Positions 24,226-25,116 of a stretch of DNA of 25,116 bases are shown one piece after another. The notes under the pieces were generated by a model that was not told the origin of the DNA, did not search any database, and worked only from the letters and a program-made list of their open reading frames with translations. Where the stretch lies: IMG/VR virus record IMGVR_UViG_3300025121_000565, positions 1 through 25,116 of that record, one strand, 5' to 3'. The DNA comes from a virus. Its lineage: Duplodnaviria > Caudoviricetes. Within the stretch, counting starts at the first letter, position 1. Each line of letters starts with the position of its first letter. The position numbers and the translations under genes were made by a program.

Positions 24226-24286
24226 CTCCGGAGCCTCCCCTCTCTGGGTACCGTCGTCCCCACCACGGGTTTCTGACCCACTACGT

Positions 24287-24691
24287 CTACGTCGTGATCG
24301 ACCGGCTCAGGTCGCCCGCCGGCTCGAACGTCACGGTCGCGTCCAGGAGCGACCCGACCCCGCCCGACACGGGCGAGTAGCGCGGCAGGTGCCACGTCCC
24401 CTGGTACCGCGGGTTCGCGGCCGCCGAGCAGGCGTAGCACGCCCGGATCTCGATGCAGCTCTGGCACCCGACCGCCGGGAACAGGAGCGCGTCCACGCAG
24501 GAGAAGTTCTGGTGGAACGTCACGTCCAGGCCCTGCGACTTCAGGCCACCGCGCCGCTTCCGGGTGTCGTCGCCCATCGCGGTCTCGTCCAGCGACTCGG
24601 CCTCGTACGTCAGCGACAGGGACGAGACGTGGCACGAGAGCGTCTCGCCGTTGAACAGGAGCATCGCGTTCTTCCAGACAAAAGTCGGCAT
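24287..24691 (-). CDS. tail tube / major tail protein (134 aa)
   Basis: SLTYEAESLDETAMGDDTR...GGLK, NPRYQG; GAGGAGGGG RBS. Confidence 0.8.
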   Translation of the reverse strand: MPTFVWKNAMLLFNGETLSCHVSSLSLTYEAESLDETAMGDDTRKRRGGLKSQGLDVTFHQNFSCVDALLFPAVGCQSCIEIRACYACSAAANPRYQGTWHLPRYSPVSGGVGSLLDATVTFEPAGDLSRSITT

Positions 24692-24703
24692 ACCGACCCC
24701 TCC

Positions 24704-25116
24704 TCAGTCGCCCACCGACACGGCGGTGAGCCAGTAGTTCGTCTGCCCGCAGGTCTGGGACCAGGCGCCGCGGTAGTACCGCCGGTCCGTGCTGGTCGCC
24801 GACGCGCAGTTCCACGGGACGCTCGCCCACTGCGAGTCCCGGCAGGCCCGGCTCGTGAACGCCACCAGGTCGGTCCCGGTGTTGAGCGCCGTGTAGCCGC
24901 TCGAGCTGTTGGCCTGGACCAGGGCCTTGATCCCGCCGGCCGTCGAGCTCAGGACCTGAAGCGCCGCGTAGAGCGCGACGTCGCAGGCCCGGCCCCCGAG
25001 GTCCGCCACGGTGCCGGCGCCCGGGCCCGTGCAAGCGCAGACCGTCCCGGCCGTCCCGGCGTCGTTCCCGACCCCGCGCGTGGTGCCGTCCTTCAGCACG
25101 ATCGCCCTGACGATCA
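24704..25116 (-). CDS. tail structural protein, 5' end outside the window
   Basis: Frame is open to the window edge (...IVRAIVLKDG); small-residue beta-rich sequence upstream of the tube gene. Confidence 0.7.
   Translation of the reverse strand, partial: IVRAIVLKDGTTRGVGNDAGTAGTVCACTGPGAGTVADLGGRACDVALYAALQVLSSTAGGIKALVQANSSSGYTALNTGTDLVAFTSRACRDSQWASVPWNCASATSTDRRYYRGAWSQTCGQTNYWLTAVSVGD

Noticed and set aside
13993-25116. Codon reassignment as an explanation for the extra Cys
   Set aside because: Cys codons give the expected catalytic and Zn-ligand residues in the methyltransferase (PCQ) and primase, and all three stop codons end genes normally.

Overview
A 25-kb piece of a very GC-rich tailed dsDNA (pro)phage genome, probably siphovirus-like. 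Almost all real genes lie on the minus strand and are tightly coupled by ATGA/GTGA/TGATG overlaps. Reading right to left: tail module (tube, two chaperone ORFs, 1380-aa tape measure, distal tail and fibre-like proteins, LamG protein, 800-aa tail-tip protein); a GNAT-fold cluster coupled to the tail genes; one plus-strand small hydrophobic gene; a peptidase-M15 endolysin; a metallophosphoesterase; a replication/DNA-modification module (C5 methyltransferase with a nested second-frame partner ORF, SF2 helicase, initiator-like protein with an AT-rich repeat core, DnaC-like loader, DnaB-like helicase, Mom-like protein, primase); and an accessory array of tiny genes driven by two copies of a 199-bp module that looks like a complete sigma54 promoter (three palindromic sites, IHF-like sites, -24/-12 box, leaderless start). 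Main leads: the duplicated sigma54/enhancer module with junction-repeat mini-gene cassettes, the dual-frame methyltransferase, and Cys-enriched virion proteins next to GNAT-fold enzymes. All product calls come from motif recognition by eye; no database searches were run.
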